Shown here in pieces: positions 23,251 to 33,422 of a stretch of 64,000 bases of DNA; positions within the stretch are counted from its first letter, which is position 1, and each line of letters starts with the position of its first letter. The stretch is taken from positions 29,030 to 93,029 of the forward strand of contig CAWCKU010000020.1 in the NCBI GenBank assembly GCA_963796215.1. Direction: 5' to 3'. The notes beneath the pieces are model-generated. The model was not told the DNA's origin, did not search any database, and saw only the letters and a program-made list of their open reading frames with translations. The stretch is from an uncultured delta proteobacterium (GTDB lineage Bacteria > Desulfobacterota > Desulfobaccia > Desulfobaccales > 0-14-0-80-60-11). Both the position numbers and the translations under genes were made by a program.

Positions 23251-25503
23251 TTAGAATAAATCGGGGCTCTCTTTCGTCTTGGCTTCGTCCGGGAAGCGCA
23301 CCGGCGAGCGTTTCATCTTCTCTCCAAAGCCGGGCAGGAACACGGTAAATCCCACCCGCTTGTCATCCGGCCGCTCGGTATAGGAAAGGGCCACGCCCCA
23401 GCACTGCTGCTGCAGGATTATTCCATACTTTTTTTCCAATTGTTTATTCGTCTCAAAAGTATGGCCATAAGTGAGCCAGGTTTTCAAGGATTGCATCAAA
23501 TTCAAATAGGTTTCCACGTTGATTTGTTTGGCGAAATCATTGATGAAAATATAATTCACGCTCAAATAGTTCTGCCGCTTGGCGTCCATGACGGTCACTT
23601 TAAAATCGGCCCGGTCAAAGCCCTCATGATAAGGGGAGACCCCCATGTTCAGACCCAGGGTGACCTGGCGCATCGGGTAAACCTCCATCTCTCCCAAAAA
23701 GTCGGAGAAGGGATGGTGGGGCTGGGAGGTGCCGTCCAGACCCATGGAGGAATGGTTGAAGAAGCTGCTCTGGCTCAAGCGAAGCCAGATCAAGTCCTTC
23801 ACCGAGGCCTGCCCCTGGGCGTTGGCGCCGCGTCGCAGAATGTCGTTGGAAATGCCATAGGTCAGGGCATTGACCCCGCCGATGGGGTCATCCCCGTCCC
23901 GTATCGGCAGGTTGCGGTTGGCGCGGGCCACCCAGCCCTGGTCGAAGGGATCGAAGGAGGGATAGCGCCGGGGATCATACCGGGGGATGTTCCAGTAGGT
24001 TACTTCCGGCCGGATAATGTGCCGGACAAAATTACTGGCGCCCTCCTCCCGGCCGTAATCCCGAGCCCAGGAACTGGACACGCCGACGCGGGAGTCGAAC
24101 AACTGCCGGCCCACAAACCCCTCCGGCGGACCATCCGGAACGTTGTGGTCAATGCGGAACATGGTTTCCCGGAACCCCACCCGAGAGTTGAAGGATAGGG
24201 CCGACAGCGGCTGCCCCTGCAAAGAGAGTTGGGGGTGGAGGTCCAGGCGGTCCCCATTCATGCCGTGGTTCTGCTGAAAATAGTTATATGAACTACCCAG
24301 GCCGAAATAAAGGGGCAGACCACCCAGGGGCAGTTGCAGGGAATTGAGTTCTAACCCGGGCAAGCGGTTGAACAGGTTGGGGTCGGCCGCGTTAAGCCGC
24401 TCGTAATAGCGGCCATAGGAGGTTAAGTTGGCCCAGGAGAAATTGCGGCTCAGGACATAAGTGGAGAGCCGGGTGTTGACGTCCTCCTGCTCCAGGCCCC
24501 GTCCGAATCCCTGCAGGAGCTCCCGGGAATAGCGATTCAGGCCCATGTAACCGAAGTTGAAGTCCTTGAGGTAATTGATATCGCTTACCCGATCCACGGT
24601 GAGGCGCAGGTTCCAATCGTCGGGCAGCGGCTGGTTCACCATGCCCGCGGCCCAGAAGCGGTGGTCGGTGAGCTGGTTGGCTTTGCCGTCATCCAGATAG
24701 AAAAAACGGAAATTGGCGGCTGCGTCGTCGTGGCCCAGGCGGCGGAACTCGGCCCCTTGCATGTACCCCCGGTTCGAGAGCACGGTCTGAAAGAGAGTGG
24801 CGTCGGCATTGTTGCTCATGGCCCAGTAAAAAGGGGTTTCCACCACGGTGCCGCCGGCCTTGTGCTGCCCATAAGACGGCAGCAAAAAACCGCTTTGACG
24901 CTCGCTCATCATGGGGAGCAAGGCCAGGGGCAGACGGAGCAGGGGCACCCCGGCCAGACTGAATTTGGCATCCTTGGCCGTGGCATAGCCTTCCAGCATC
25001 ACCGACAACTGCCGGACCGAGAAGCTCCACACCGGCCGGTCGGCGTCGCAGGTGGTGACTTTGGCCTCTTCGGCATAATAGGTGTTATCCCCAGTGCGGC
25101 GGATGAGGGCGCTGTCTACATGAAAGTTGTTTCTCTTCAGGTAGAGGCGGGCGCCATGGAGTTCGCCGCCGCGGGTGGCCAGGTTGAACTGGCCCTCTTT
25201 GCCGGTGAAGACGTCTTCTCCCAGGACAATGACGACGTTGCCCGAAAGCCCGGCGACCTTGGTGACCTCATCCACCTGCACCCGGTCGGCGGTGATGCGA
25301 CGGTCGGCCTGGTTGATCTCTACCTTTCCTTCGGCCAGATAAACGTGGTTGTTGGCATCATAGGTCAGGGTCTCAGCCCGGATGCGCCAGGGCCCCCCCT
25401 GAAAGCGCTCGGCTTTGAATAGCTCCATCTCTGCGGCTCCGGCCAGCCCGGCGCTGAGCCAGAAGATAAAGACCACGCCGATTAAGAGCCAATGCCTTGC
25501 CAT
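23251..25503 (-). CDS. lptD: LPS-assembly protein LptD
   Basis: Signal peptide, beta-jellyroll N-terminus, TTCD..RPVW, ERQSGFLLP and QQCWG near the C-terminus. Confidence 0.88.
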   Translation of the reverse strand: MARHWLLIGVVFIFWLSAGLAGAAEMELFKAERFQGGPWRIRAETLTYDANNHVYLAEGKVEINQADRRITADRVQVDEVTKVAGLSGNVVIVLGEDVFTGKEGQFNLATRGGELHGARLYLKRNNFHVDSALIRRTGDNTYYAEEAKVTTCDADRPVWSFSVRQLSVMLEGYATAKDAKFSLAGVPLLRLPLALLPMMSERQSGFLLPSYGQHKAGGTVVETPFYWAMSNNADATLFQTVLSNRGYMQGAEFRRLGHDDAAANFRFFYLDDGKANQLTDHRFWAAGMVNQPLPDDWNLRLTVDRVSDINYLKDFNFGYMGLNRYSRELLQGFGRGLEQEDVNTRLSTYVLSRNFSWANLTSYGRYYERLNAADPNLFNRLPGLELNSLQLPLGGLPLYFGLGSSYNYFQQNHGMNGDRLDLHPQLSLQGQPLSALSFNSRVGFRETMFRIDHNVPDGPPEGFVGRQLFDSRVGVSSSWARDYGREEGASNFVRHIIRPEVTYWNIPRYDPRRYPSFDPFDQGWVARANRNLPIRDGDDPIGGVNALTYGISNDILRRGANAQGQASVKDLIWLRLSQSSFFNHSSMGLDGTSQPHHPFSDFLGEMEVYPMRQVTLGLNMGVSPYHEGFDRADFKVTVMDAKRQNYLSVNYIFINDFAKQINVETYLNLMQSLKTWLTYGHTFETNKQLEKKYGIILQQQCWGVALSYTERPDDKRVGFTVFLPGFGEKMKRSPVRFPDEAKTKESPDLF

Positions 25504-25735
25504 CACCTCTCCTTGGGAACCTGGGCCCCAGAATCGGTGCATCATACCATGGGCCCCGGCATCTTTCAAGAAAGAGGACCGGCTTGGACTTAGGGCCGGA
25601 AAGGAGGTTTTCCCCGGATAACTTGCAGTTTTTTATGGTCTTTTAGTCGGCAGGCAGCGAAGGATGCGGCTGGCGAATTTCCATTTTTGACTGAGAATCG
25701 CTCACGAATTCCCGCCGCAGAGGCGCCGGCGGAAG

Positions 25736-25764
25736 TTGGCATATGATTTTTAGATAGTCATGAT
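25736..25764 (+). promoter_or_regulatory. Sigma70-like promoter in front of the tRNA remnant
   Basis: TTGGCA-17bp-CATGAT ending 7 nt before the tRNA-like 5' end. Confidence 0.5.
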
Positions 25765-25770
25765 CCCAGC

Positions 25771-25829
25771 CGCCCCCGTAGCTCAGTAATGGATAGAGCA
25801 ATGGTAATTGACAATCATCCGGGGGCACC
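25771..25829 (+). pseudogene. tRNA-Arg remnant / left attachment site
   Basis: 25771-25804 identical to 51940-51973 (34 bp); 25819-25829 identical to tRNA 3' end 52008-52018; anticodon loop altered and T-arm absent. Confidence 0.85.
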
Positions 25830-26021
25830 TGATACCGGCATGCTGGAAGGGGTGAGCGATAAAGGACATGCTTAAGGGTTTTGAATTGGTTTCTCTGAGC
25901 GATTGTCATCAGCTGAAGCCCGGATCCTATCATTGGCACCTGGTGGCCGTGAAACTTGAGGCGGCGGCGCTGTGTCTGCGGCTAAACTTACTCCCAGGCA
26001 ATCTTCATTAAAGCGTCGAGA

Positions 26022-26077
26022 AATTAACCAACAATTAGTAAAATCCAAACCTAATCTTCACAAACTCACGATAGAGT
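26022..26077 (+). promoter_or_regulatory. Pho-box-like array plus -10
   Basis: AATTAAC-4-AATTAGT-4-TCCAAAC-4-TCTTCAC-10bp-TAGAGT. Confidence 0.55.
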
Positions 26078-26199
26078 GCAGGCATCATTCCCTTTCCCCA
26101 TACAGAAGCGGCTGGGCTGATGGCAATCCCGAAATTCCAGGGCTTGGTATCGCCCAGCCCTTCCCCTTTAAGATAAGGCTCCATGGAGAATGATGATAC

Positions 26200-26451
26200 T
26201 TGGATAAAACCTCAGCCTTAACCAGCCAGATTGAAGAGATGGAGAGCAAATCTATGGACCCCAAGGTCTGCCCCAGATGTGATGGCGCCGAAACACTTGC
26301 CGAACAATGTCCGTTATGCCATGGACAACCCAAGAGGTATCCGGGCGGCTGCCCGCTTTGCGAGGGTGATGGTTGGGTGGAAACCGAGTGTCCGCAATGT
26401 GGGGGAACCGGGCAATTGGATGAACGGGATTTTTTTAACGAGGGCATATAA
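26200..26451 (+). CDS. Stand-alone DnaJ-type cysteine-rich zinc-finger protein
   Basis: CPRCDG, CPLCHG, CPLCEGDG and CPQCGGTG in 83 aa. Confidence 0.7.
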   Translation: MDKTSALTSQIEEMESKSMDPKVCPRCDGAETLAEQCPLCHGQPKRYPGGCPLCEGDGWVETECPQCGGTGQLDERDFFNEGI

Positions 26452-26493
26452 AACGGGCGATGCCGCCCAATCTCGGCATATAATGATGAGGCC

Positions 26494-27001
26494 ATGCCTG
26501 AGATCGCTGGAATCAAGGAAAAAAACGGCGAACACCCGTACGGCGATGCCGGTCAGCTGATCCTGCTGGGTTTGTTTTTGATCGTTTGGCTGGGGGATTC
26601 GTTTTTTCTGCGCCTATCGACGTTCCTGACAGCTTACCTATCGTGGTATATCCGGCTAATCTTTTTGGTTGCTTGCCTGGCCACCGCCGCTTTCTTGTTC
26701 AAATCAGGCCATGTGGTAGTCAGTCATTCGCGACGCCCCAGCGGCCTGATGTCCACCGGGGCCTTCAAGTATGTAAGGCACCCTCTGTATCTCGGGTGCC
26801 TCCTGGTATACCTGGGCTTGGCGTTTAGCCTGTTTTCCCTCTTTTCTCTGGCTTCTCTGGGTTGCTATCTGCACCTTCTATAATTACCTTGCCAGCTATG
26901 AAGAGAAAATACTTGCGGCCAAGTTTGGCGAGAGTTACAGAATTTATCAAGAGCAAACCGGAAAGTGGCTGCCAAGGATGCTTTTCATTCATAAAGATTA
27001 G
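26494..27001 (+). CDS. ICMT/PEMT-family membrane methyltransferase (one frameshift near 26870)
   Basis: LMSTGAFKYVRHPLYLG, then EEKILAAKFGESYRIYQEQTGKWLP in the next frame. Confidence 0.8.
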
Positions 27002-27041
27002 GTCTTTTTTGAATAAAGGATAGGGATCGAGGACCAGGCCC

Positions 27042-27608
27042 ATGTCTGCTGATTCTACCCCAGCCCTGAAGCGCCAAAGCCGTCTGACCGATGATTTCTT
27101 CTATTTCTTCCTGCGCTTGCGCAAAGACCGCATCCGTAAGGTGGTGGCCGACATCAATGTCCGCTACCCTGAGGAAGCGGTAGAGCAGCGGGCCCGCCGC
27201 CTAATCGAGGCCCAGACCCAGCTTTCCCTCTTGGGAGGGGTGATCCTCGATTTACCCGCCATGATCCCCGTAATCGGGCAGGCCATAAAAATTCTGGGGT
27301 TTGTGGGGGGGACTTCCGCTCTGGTGCGCATGCACCTATACCTCATCCTGGAGATCGCCCTGCTGTACGGCAAGGATATCGACGATGAGGAACGGGTTCC
27401 GGAGATGGCAGCAGTGGTGGCCGGCACCGGCGTGGCGGTTGGCGCTCCCTTCGTGGCCGACGCTCTGGGGTTCCATCCTCTGGTGGCTATGGCCACCGGG
27501 GCGGTGGCGGCCTTGACCACGTCCCGCTTGATCGGCGAAAGCGCCATCCGCTACTACAGCCAACCGCAGGAAGTTGCCCCGAACCCAACCGTTGAACCAG
27601 CCACCTGA
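27042..27608 (+). CDS. EcsC/DUF697-like protein
   Basis: Small-residue-rich hydrophobic segments, PAMIPVIG and LILEIALLYG. Confidence 0.55.
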   Translation: MSADSTPALKRQSRLTDDFFYFFLRLRKDRIRKVVADINVRYPEEAVEQRARRLIEAQTQLSLLGGVILDLPAMIPVIGQAIKILGFVGGTSALVRMHLYLILEIALLYGKDIDDEERVPEMAAVVAGTGVAVGAPFVADALGFHPLVAMATGAVAALTTSRLIGESAIRYYSQPQEVAPNPTVEPAT

Positions 27609-27664
27609 AGGCTACTGGCCGTCACCCTCTTAAAACCTTATCCGCTGACTCCAGCGATATCAAA

Positions 27665-27709
27665 TTCTAACCCTATCCTCATAAATCTGTAACAATCCCT
27701 GATTAAATA
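27665..27709 (+). promoter_or_regulatory. Pho box upstream of pstB
   Basis: TTCTAAC-4-TCCTCAT-AAAT-CTGTAAC; the last 18 bp match the CTGTCATAWAWCTGTMAY consensus at 15 of 18 positions. Confidence 0.65.
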
Positions 27710-27834
27710 TTACGGGGGACGTTCCCCTGAATGGACCTTGCCGAAGGCGCGGCAAAGCCATCTTCTGAGAGAATCCCAGGCATTTGGGGTTCCAATCGTG
27801 AATCACTCTTCCTTCCCACGGAGGAACAAGAAAT

Positions 27835-28677
27835 ATGGATTCCATTACGGCAGACTCAACCCTTTTTCCCCTGGCCGGCGCCGCTGATGAAGAAGCTACG
27901 GGAGCCTATTCTGGTTCGAAAAGGTCCATTAAGATTATCGCCCGCCGGGTGAACTTCTTTTATGGAGGCCAGCAGGCCTTAGCCGATAATAACATGGAGG
28001 TTGCCCGTAACCGGGTGACGGCCATCATTGGGCCTTCCGGCTGCGGTAAATCCACGCATATCCGCATCTACAACCGCATCTACGAGCTTTATGGAGAGCA
28101 GCAAGCCACCGGCCAGATATTGCTGGACGGTAAAGATATCCTGGACCCCTCCTATGACCTCATGGAACTGCGCCGCAAGGTGGGGATGATCTTCCAGAAG
28201 CCCACCCCCTTTCCCATGAGCATCCTTGACAACGTGGCCTATGGGCTCAAGATGCACTATCGCCTGAGGCGGGGCGAAATCATGGACCGGGTGGAAGAGG
28301 CGTTAACCCAGGCGGCCATCTGGGATGAAGTGAAGGACATTTTGCACCACTCGGGGACGGCCCTGTCCGGCGGCCAGCAGCAGCGGCTGTGTATCGCCCG
28401 GGTCTTGGCCATGGAACCGGAGGTGTTATTGATGGACGAGCCCACCTCGGCCATTGATCCCATTGCCACGGCCAAGATCGAGGAATTAATCCATACTCTG
28501 AAGTTGACCTATACCATCGTCATCGTGACTCATAATATGCAGCAGGCGGCGCGGATTTCCGATTATACCGCCTTCTTCTGGCAGGGGAAGATCTTTGAGT
28601 CCGGCCCGACCCAGAAAATCTTCACCAACCCCTCGCATAAAAAAACCCAAGACTATATTACCGGCCGTTTTGGTTGA
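27835..28677 (+). CDS. pstB: Phosphate ABC transporter ATP-binding protein (no pstS/pstC/pstA in window)
   Basis: [46 protein letters not shown] and DYITGRFG. Confidence 0.93.
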   Translation: MDSITADSTLFPLAGAADEEATGAYSGSKRSIKIIARRVNFFYGGQQALADNNMEVARNRVTAIIGPSGCGKSTHIRIYNRIYELYGEQQATGQILLDGKDILDPSYDLMELRRKVGMIFQKPTPFPMSILDNVAYGLKMHYRLRRGEIMDRVEEALTQAAIWDEVKDILHHSGTALSGGQQQRLCIARVLAMEPEVLLMDEPTSAIDPIATAKIEELIHTLKLTYTIVIVTHNMQQAARISDYTAFFWQGKIFESGPTQKIFTNPSHKKTQDYITGRFG

Positions 28678-28727
28678 ATCCCTTAAAACTGCGATTGGGG
28701 GTCGCTGACCCTCAGCAGGAGCGGAAC

Positions 28728-28808
28728 ATGGAAGAAATCCTGGTGTGCGTGGCCCTGACCGTTGTCATCTACGCCTTCATGATCGTGGCCTATAAGAAAG
28801 GCTGGTGA
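28728..28808 (+). CDS. 26-aa single-TM small protein (below ORF-track cutoff)
   Basis: MEEILVCVALTVVIYAFMIVAYKKGW*; RBS AGGAG. Confidence 0.55.
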   Translation: MEEILVCVALTVVIYAFMIVAYKKGW

Positions 28809-28923
28809 CGGTCAGATCACCAAATGAATTTTTAATCTTCCTGCAGTCAAAAGGAAACAATGGCTTGAGACAATGCCTGTTAGAGGCTTGAGGTTAAGAC
28901 CTGGATGCCAAAAGGGAGATACC

Positions 28924-29151
28924 GTGAACCGGATAGACTATGTGACTGAGGCGGCAGAGGCCTTGGCTGCGCCTGGCGAGATTTGGCTCTTCCGCCACAA
29001 AATCTTATTCGATCCCACTAGCCGGGAATGGCGTCTTGCCGGCCCTGGTTCCCCGGAGCTGAGGTTTGTGGGCGAAACCCGACATTGGATTCTCAGAATT
29101 TGCGGCTGGCTCCAGTTCAAGTATCCGGAAGGGCCGGTCTACTCCACCTGA
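28924..29151 (+). CDS. Hypothetical protein
   Basis: GTG start after GGGAG; first of four short co-oriented ORFs. Confidence 0.45.
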   Translation: MNRIDYVTEAAEALAAPGEIWLFRHKILFDPTSREWRLAGPGSPELRFVGETRHWILRICGWLQFKYPEGPVYST

Positions 29152-29187
29152 CGGGCCGTTAACTCTTGCAAAGGAAGGCTGAAGTGC

Positions 29188-29373
29188 ATGAATACTGCCA
29201 AAAATGAGTTCACCTCCCGGGAAAGGCAGGCCATCGAGAAGGTTCGTGATGGGCTATACGCGCTATATCGGCAAGCCATCGGCAAGGAGCCAAACCCGGA
29301 AATATTGTGGGCTGAGGCGGAAGATATTGTGGCCAGGTATGGGCCGGAGGCCGATCTGAAGGAATTGTTTTGA
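29188..29373 (+). CDS. Hypothetical protein
   Basis: 61-aa ORF with AAGGAAGG upstream. Confidence 0.5.
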   Translation: MNTAKNEFTSRERQAIEKVRDGLYALYRQAIGKEPNPEILWAEAEDIVARYGPEADLKELF

Positions 29374-29400
29374 AGCAAACTCATAAGGAAGCCTGGTTTT

Positions 29401-29592
29401 ATGCCGGTTTATGAATATCAATGTGTGGATTGCGGGGAGTCGGACCGGAGGGTCGGCGGTGTCGATGACCAGACGGCCATTTGCGCTCACTGCGGCAGCC
29501 TGATGCTGCGCCTGGATGAGGACGTTTTTCAGCCTTATTTCGATAACAACGGTAAATTAGCAGATATCAGCCTCGTAGCTGAAGATGGATAA
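29401..29592 (+). CDS. FmdB-family zinc-ribbon protein
   Basis: MPVYEYQCVDCG...CAHCGS. Confidence 0.75.
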   Translation: MPVYEYQCVDCGESDRRVGGVDDQTAICAHCGSLMLRLDEDVFQPYFDNNGKLADISLVAEDG

Positions 29593-29812
29593 TTCCTTGA
29601 AGAAAAGAGAACTTGTTGCCATGTTTATGGAGAGCCCCTTTTACTTCGAGCTGCGGCTCAGAGAGCGTCTGGTGCTCCTGCAACAACACCACCGGCGATT
29701 CTCGATAAGTACTAAAGTAGCTCAATCTGACCAGGCCGATAAAGTTGTTCTTGGCCCGGCCGCAGGCCTTCTTCCTCCTTGGTTCCCAGCCGTCGGCAAT
29801 GCGCCGGTTTAA
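29585..29812 (+). CDS. Hypothetical protein
   Basis: Overlaps the previous stop; FMESPFYFELRLRERL. Confidence 0.5.
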   Translation: MDNSLKKRELVAMFMESPFYFELRLRERLVLLQQHHRRFSISTKVAQSDQADKVVLGPAAGLLPPWFPAVGNAPV

Positions 29813-29910
29813 GTAATTCCCTTCGAATCACCTGGCATTTTTAAGATTTTTAAAAGAAATGCGCCTTAGGCCGGAGGCTGAGGGTGCGGCGGCTTCTTTA
29901 GAGCAAGCTC

Positions 29911-30276
29911 TCAGCCACTCAGGCAATTGGCCACCAAATGACGCAGTCCGGCCCAACCAAAGGGCTTGAAGTGATAACCCTCGTTTTTGACCAGGTAGGC
30001 CCCGGTGGGGGAGCTAATTTCAGGCCCGACCCGTAAAATAATGACGGCAATCTCACGATTCAGATCCCTGACTGCCTTGAGAAAGGGGCGGGTGTCCGTC
30101 CAATCGTTGCTTAAACAGGTGATCACCAGGGGGAAATTACCGGTGAGCAGGGCCTGGAAAGCCTCCTGCGTCTGGTCGGTGGTGGTGACTTGATAGCCCG
30201 TTTCCGTCAAGAACCGGCTAAGGGCTGGGAAGATTTGCGAACCATCACTAATCAACAAAATGTTGCCGCGGTGCAT
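29911..30276 (-). CDS. Pseudo-receiver protein, paralogue of 19627-19992
   Basis: NILLISDGSQIF...FPLVITC...GWAGLRHLVANCLS; RBS AGGAGG. Confidence 0.72.
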   Translation of the reverse strand: MHRGNILLISDGSQIFPALSRFLTETGYQVTTTDQTQEAFQALLTGNFPLVITCLSNDWTDTRPFLKAVRDLNREIAVIILRVGPEISSPTGAYLVKNEGYHFKPFGWAGLRHLVANCLSG

Positions 30277-30301
30277 GGCATTTCCTCCTGAATCGTTAAA
30301 T

Positions 30302-32712
30302 TCATTGAGCTTGATTAAAGGAAACAGCTTTCCCCTCATACATCTTCCAGGCGGCCTGGAAGGCGGTTTCAAAGGAACGCTGCTTGACGTGATGCCGGGC
30401 CGCCTGGCCCATCTTCCTTAATCTTTCCGGATCGGCCAGCAACCGGCTGATGGCGTTGTAGAGGCCCGCTTCATCGTCGCCGGGAACTATGATCCCGGTT
30501 TCACCGTCGCGGACATTCTCTTGCGGCCCCCCGGAATCGGTGACAATGACCGGGAGACCCGAAGCCTGGGCTTCTAAAACGACATTGCCGAAGGTATCCG
30601 TGGTGCTGGGAAAGACAAACAGATCGCATGAGGCGTAGACCTCGGCGAGCTCTTCTCCAGCCAGGTAGCCGGTGAAGACGCAGGAAGTGGCCGCCAGTTC
30701 CCGCCGCATCTCTTCCAAGTAGGGGCCGTCTCCCACGACTATCAATTTTAGGTCCGGATGGCTGGGTGCCAGGGTCTTGAAGACCGTGGCCAGGAGCTGC
30801 AAATTTTTCTCCTTGGAGACCCGGCCCACATAAAGAAGTTTTGGACCCTCCTTGACCTGATACCGCTTCTCCAGGACGCCGTTGCGCTTGGCCGGATGGA
30901 ACCGCGCCACATCCACTCCCCGGGGATAAAGGCGGATTTTCCGGGGTCGATCCCTCTCTGGTGCAATTCTTCAGCGGTGCTGCCGGAGGGTGCAAAGACC
31001 AGATCCATCTGATTGTAAAACCAGATGAGGTACTTCCACATCAGCTCTTCGATGCCGGCATCACCCGTTAAATATTGGGCATATTGAGGCAAAGCGGTGT
31101 GATAAGTGCTCCAGATCGGCAGGCCCAAAATCCGGGCGACCCCTAAAGCCGCCAGCCCCATGGGGCCCGGGGTGGCGGTCTTGATGTGGGTAAAATTCTG
31201 CTCATAACAATAATTGAGGATCTCCAAAAAAGGCGGATGGAATAGTTTCTGTTCGGGGTATTCCGGTAAATGAAAGACCCCGATGGGAGCGAAGTTGCGA
31301 ATCCCTTGCTGCTGCGGCCGGGCCTCGGTATCGCAGGTGATGATGGTATACTGCTTATCGGTTTTGATGGCGGCCTCGACCTGGCGCCTGAGGGTGAGTC
31401 CCACGCCGTTGACCTCATAGAAGGTGTCGGTAAAATGAGCCAGGTTGATCTGATCTATCTCATCGGCGCCTACCGATTCCTGCTTGAAGGAATGACGAAT
31501 TATTTGCTGCCCCAAGTTTCTGTCCTTGGAGAAAGAAGAGAACGAGGCAAAATAGGGAGTCAACCCTAAATAGATTATTCCGGATGAGGTGATGGAATTA
31601 ACTAAATCGATGAAATTGACTTCAGTCAGGGCTTTGCGAAAATGTCCGTGAAATTGTTTAATGATATTAATAGAGATATCATTAAGTATTCCGAACCACT
31701 GCGCCCCTGGCTTATTAGGCGATCCATTTTGTGGTATTTTAGTGGTCTCATTTAATATTAAAGATAAAAGCGTGTCATCTTGATTATTCTTCTGAGAATT
31801 CCTGAAATATAGTTTAATCTTATTACGATAATATTGATATCTGGTTAATTGGTTTTTGGGCTCTAAGTTGTTCTGCAGGAATCTCTCGAAAAAGCTGATA
31901 AAAAGACTGGAGTCGGCGTACCTGCCCAGGTCGTATTTATTTTTATAGAACTGATAGGCGATACTATACAGATTGTGGGCCAGGGTTAAGGGGGTGGAGG
32001 CCTGTCCTGTGGGCCTGGCCTTGCCGGAATCGAGGCCATGAAAAAAATGTCTTAGGTCCAGGGCTCCTGCCACCTGGGTAAACATGCGGGCGATATTCAG
32101 AGAACTATGGTCATCGGAACCGCCGGTAAAATTCTTCTGCCAGGGGTTATGAAAACCTGGCACGATCCCATGTTTATCCGCCAGGGCGCTGAAATCTGCC
32201 GGACTGAGTTGAGATAACCCCAGCTTTAACAATTCGTTCAAATGGGTGTCCCGGGCTCCATTCAGTTCAAAATTCTTGAAGAGCAGCAGGAATTTTTCGA
32301 AATGAACCGGGGCCAAGCGATCGTTGACCGCCCAAAAGGGATGGGCCAAACTATGGGGAATGCCTCTCTCCTGCAGAAAGTTGACTAAATCAAAGATATT
32401 TTCCCGGATTTTCTGGATGTCTCGATGCTGTTCTTCATTGATATCATAGACCAACACGTGCGCTTTGCAGCGGTCCTCCGGGAAATAGGTGGTCACTTCC
32501 TCGCTGATAAAGGTGTCCGGGAGGCCGGCGATTTCCAAACAGCCATCGATGACATTGTGGTCCGTAATGGTTACCAGGGACATACCTTTCTTCTTGGCCA
32601 GGCGGTAAAGAGTTTGGGGTTCGGTATAACATTCTTGACAGCCCAACTTTTGCAGGACCCATTGGGAGGGTCGGGTGGAGAATTTGGAATGAACGTGCAG
32701 GTCGATCTTCAT
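30302..32712 (-). CDS. PHP metallophosphoesterase fused to a GT4 glycosyltransferase (one frameshift near 30925)
   Basis: N-terminal IDLHVHS, ITDHN, LAHP and GGSDDH; C-terminal FTDTFYEVNGV, ATPGPMG, YHTALPQY, YVGRVSKEKN and DTFGNVVLEAQASG. Confidence 0.85.
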
Positions 32713-32735
32713 AATCCCTCCTTTCTTTAGTAAAA

Positions 32736-33422
32736 TTAGGTGATTAAGACGGTTTCCCCAGCCCGGACCTTGTCTCCCGGCTGGACCATGATAAACATCT
32801 CGGGCCGGAATGGCACCACCAGGTCAACTTGCGAGCCGATGCGGATCATGCCAAAGACCTCGCCCTTGGTGACCCGCTCTCCCGGGTTAAAATAACTATC
32901 AATCCCCTTGACGCTCTTCCCGGCGATTTGGACCACGTAATAAGAGATCGTCTCTCCTCTAAATTGGCCCGCCATCTTTGTCACGGTCCGCTCATTGGTG
33001 ACAATGTGCCGGGAATTCTCATAAAAAGGCAGGCGCTTCAGCACGGTGCGCCAATGCATCGGGGCCATGCAATAGTTCTTCGCTTGGGCGGGATGATGCC
33101 GGATAAAATCGATCTTGCCGGCCAGCGGGGCACGGTTGTAGTGGACGCTGAAGGGGCTCATGAAGATGCCGATCAGGATCTTGGGAACAGCCAAATCTTC
33201 CCGGACAATGTCGGTGAGAGTCGCCCGCAACCCCTGCTTGATCGTGATCACCTCTTGCCGGGGCTCCACCTTACTGACGTACACCACGGTGCCATCGGCG
33301 GGGCTGACGAGGCTCTCTCCCGGGGGCGGGACCCGGAGGGGATTGCGGAAGAACCAGATGTACCGCCAGTAAAGATATCCTGCCAGTAGGGTCAACAGTA
33401 GGAATATGGCCAAATAGGTCAA
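32736..33422 (-). CDS. psd: Phosphatidylserine decarboxylase-family proenzyme
   Basis: FFRNPLR, SPADG, IFMSPFSVHYNRAP, GSQV autocleavage site and GDKVRAGET. Confidence 0.85.
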   Translation of the reverse strand: MTYLAIFLLLTLLAGYLYWRYIWFFRNPLRVPPPGESLVSPADGTVVYVSKVEPRQEVITIKQGLRATLTDIVREDLAVPKILIGIFMSPFSVHYNRAPLAGKIDFIRHHPAQAKNYCMAPMHWRTVLKRLPFYENSRHIVTNERTVTKMAGQFRGETISYYVVQIAGKSVKGIDSYFNPGERVTKGEVFGMIRIGSQVDLVVPFRPEMFIMVQPGDKVRAGETVLIT

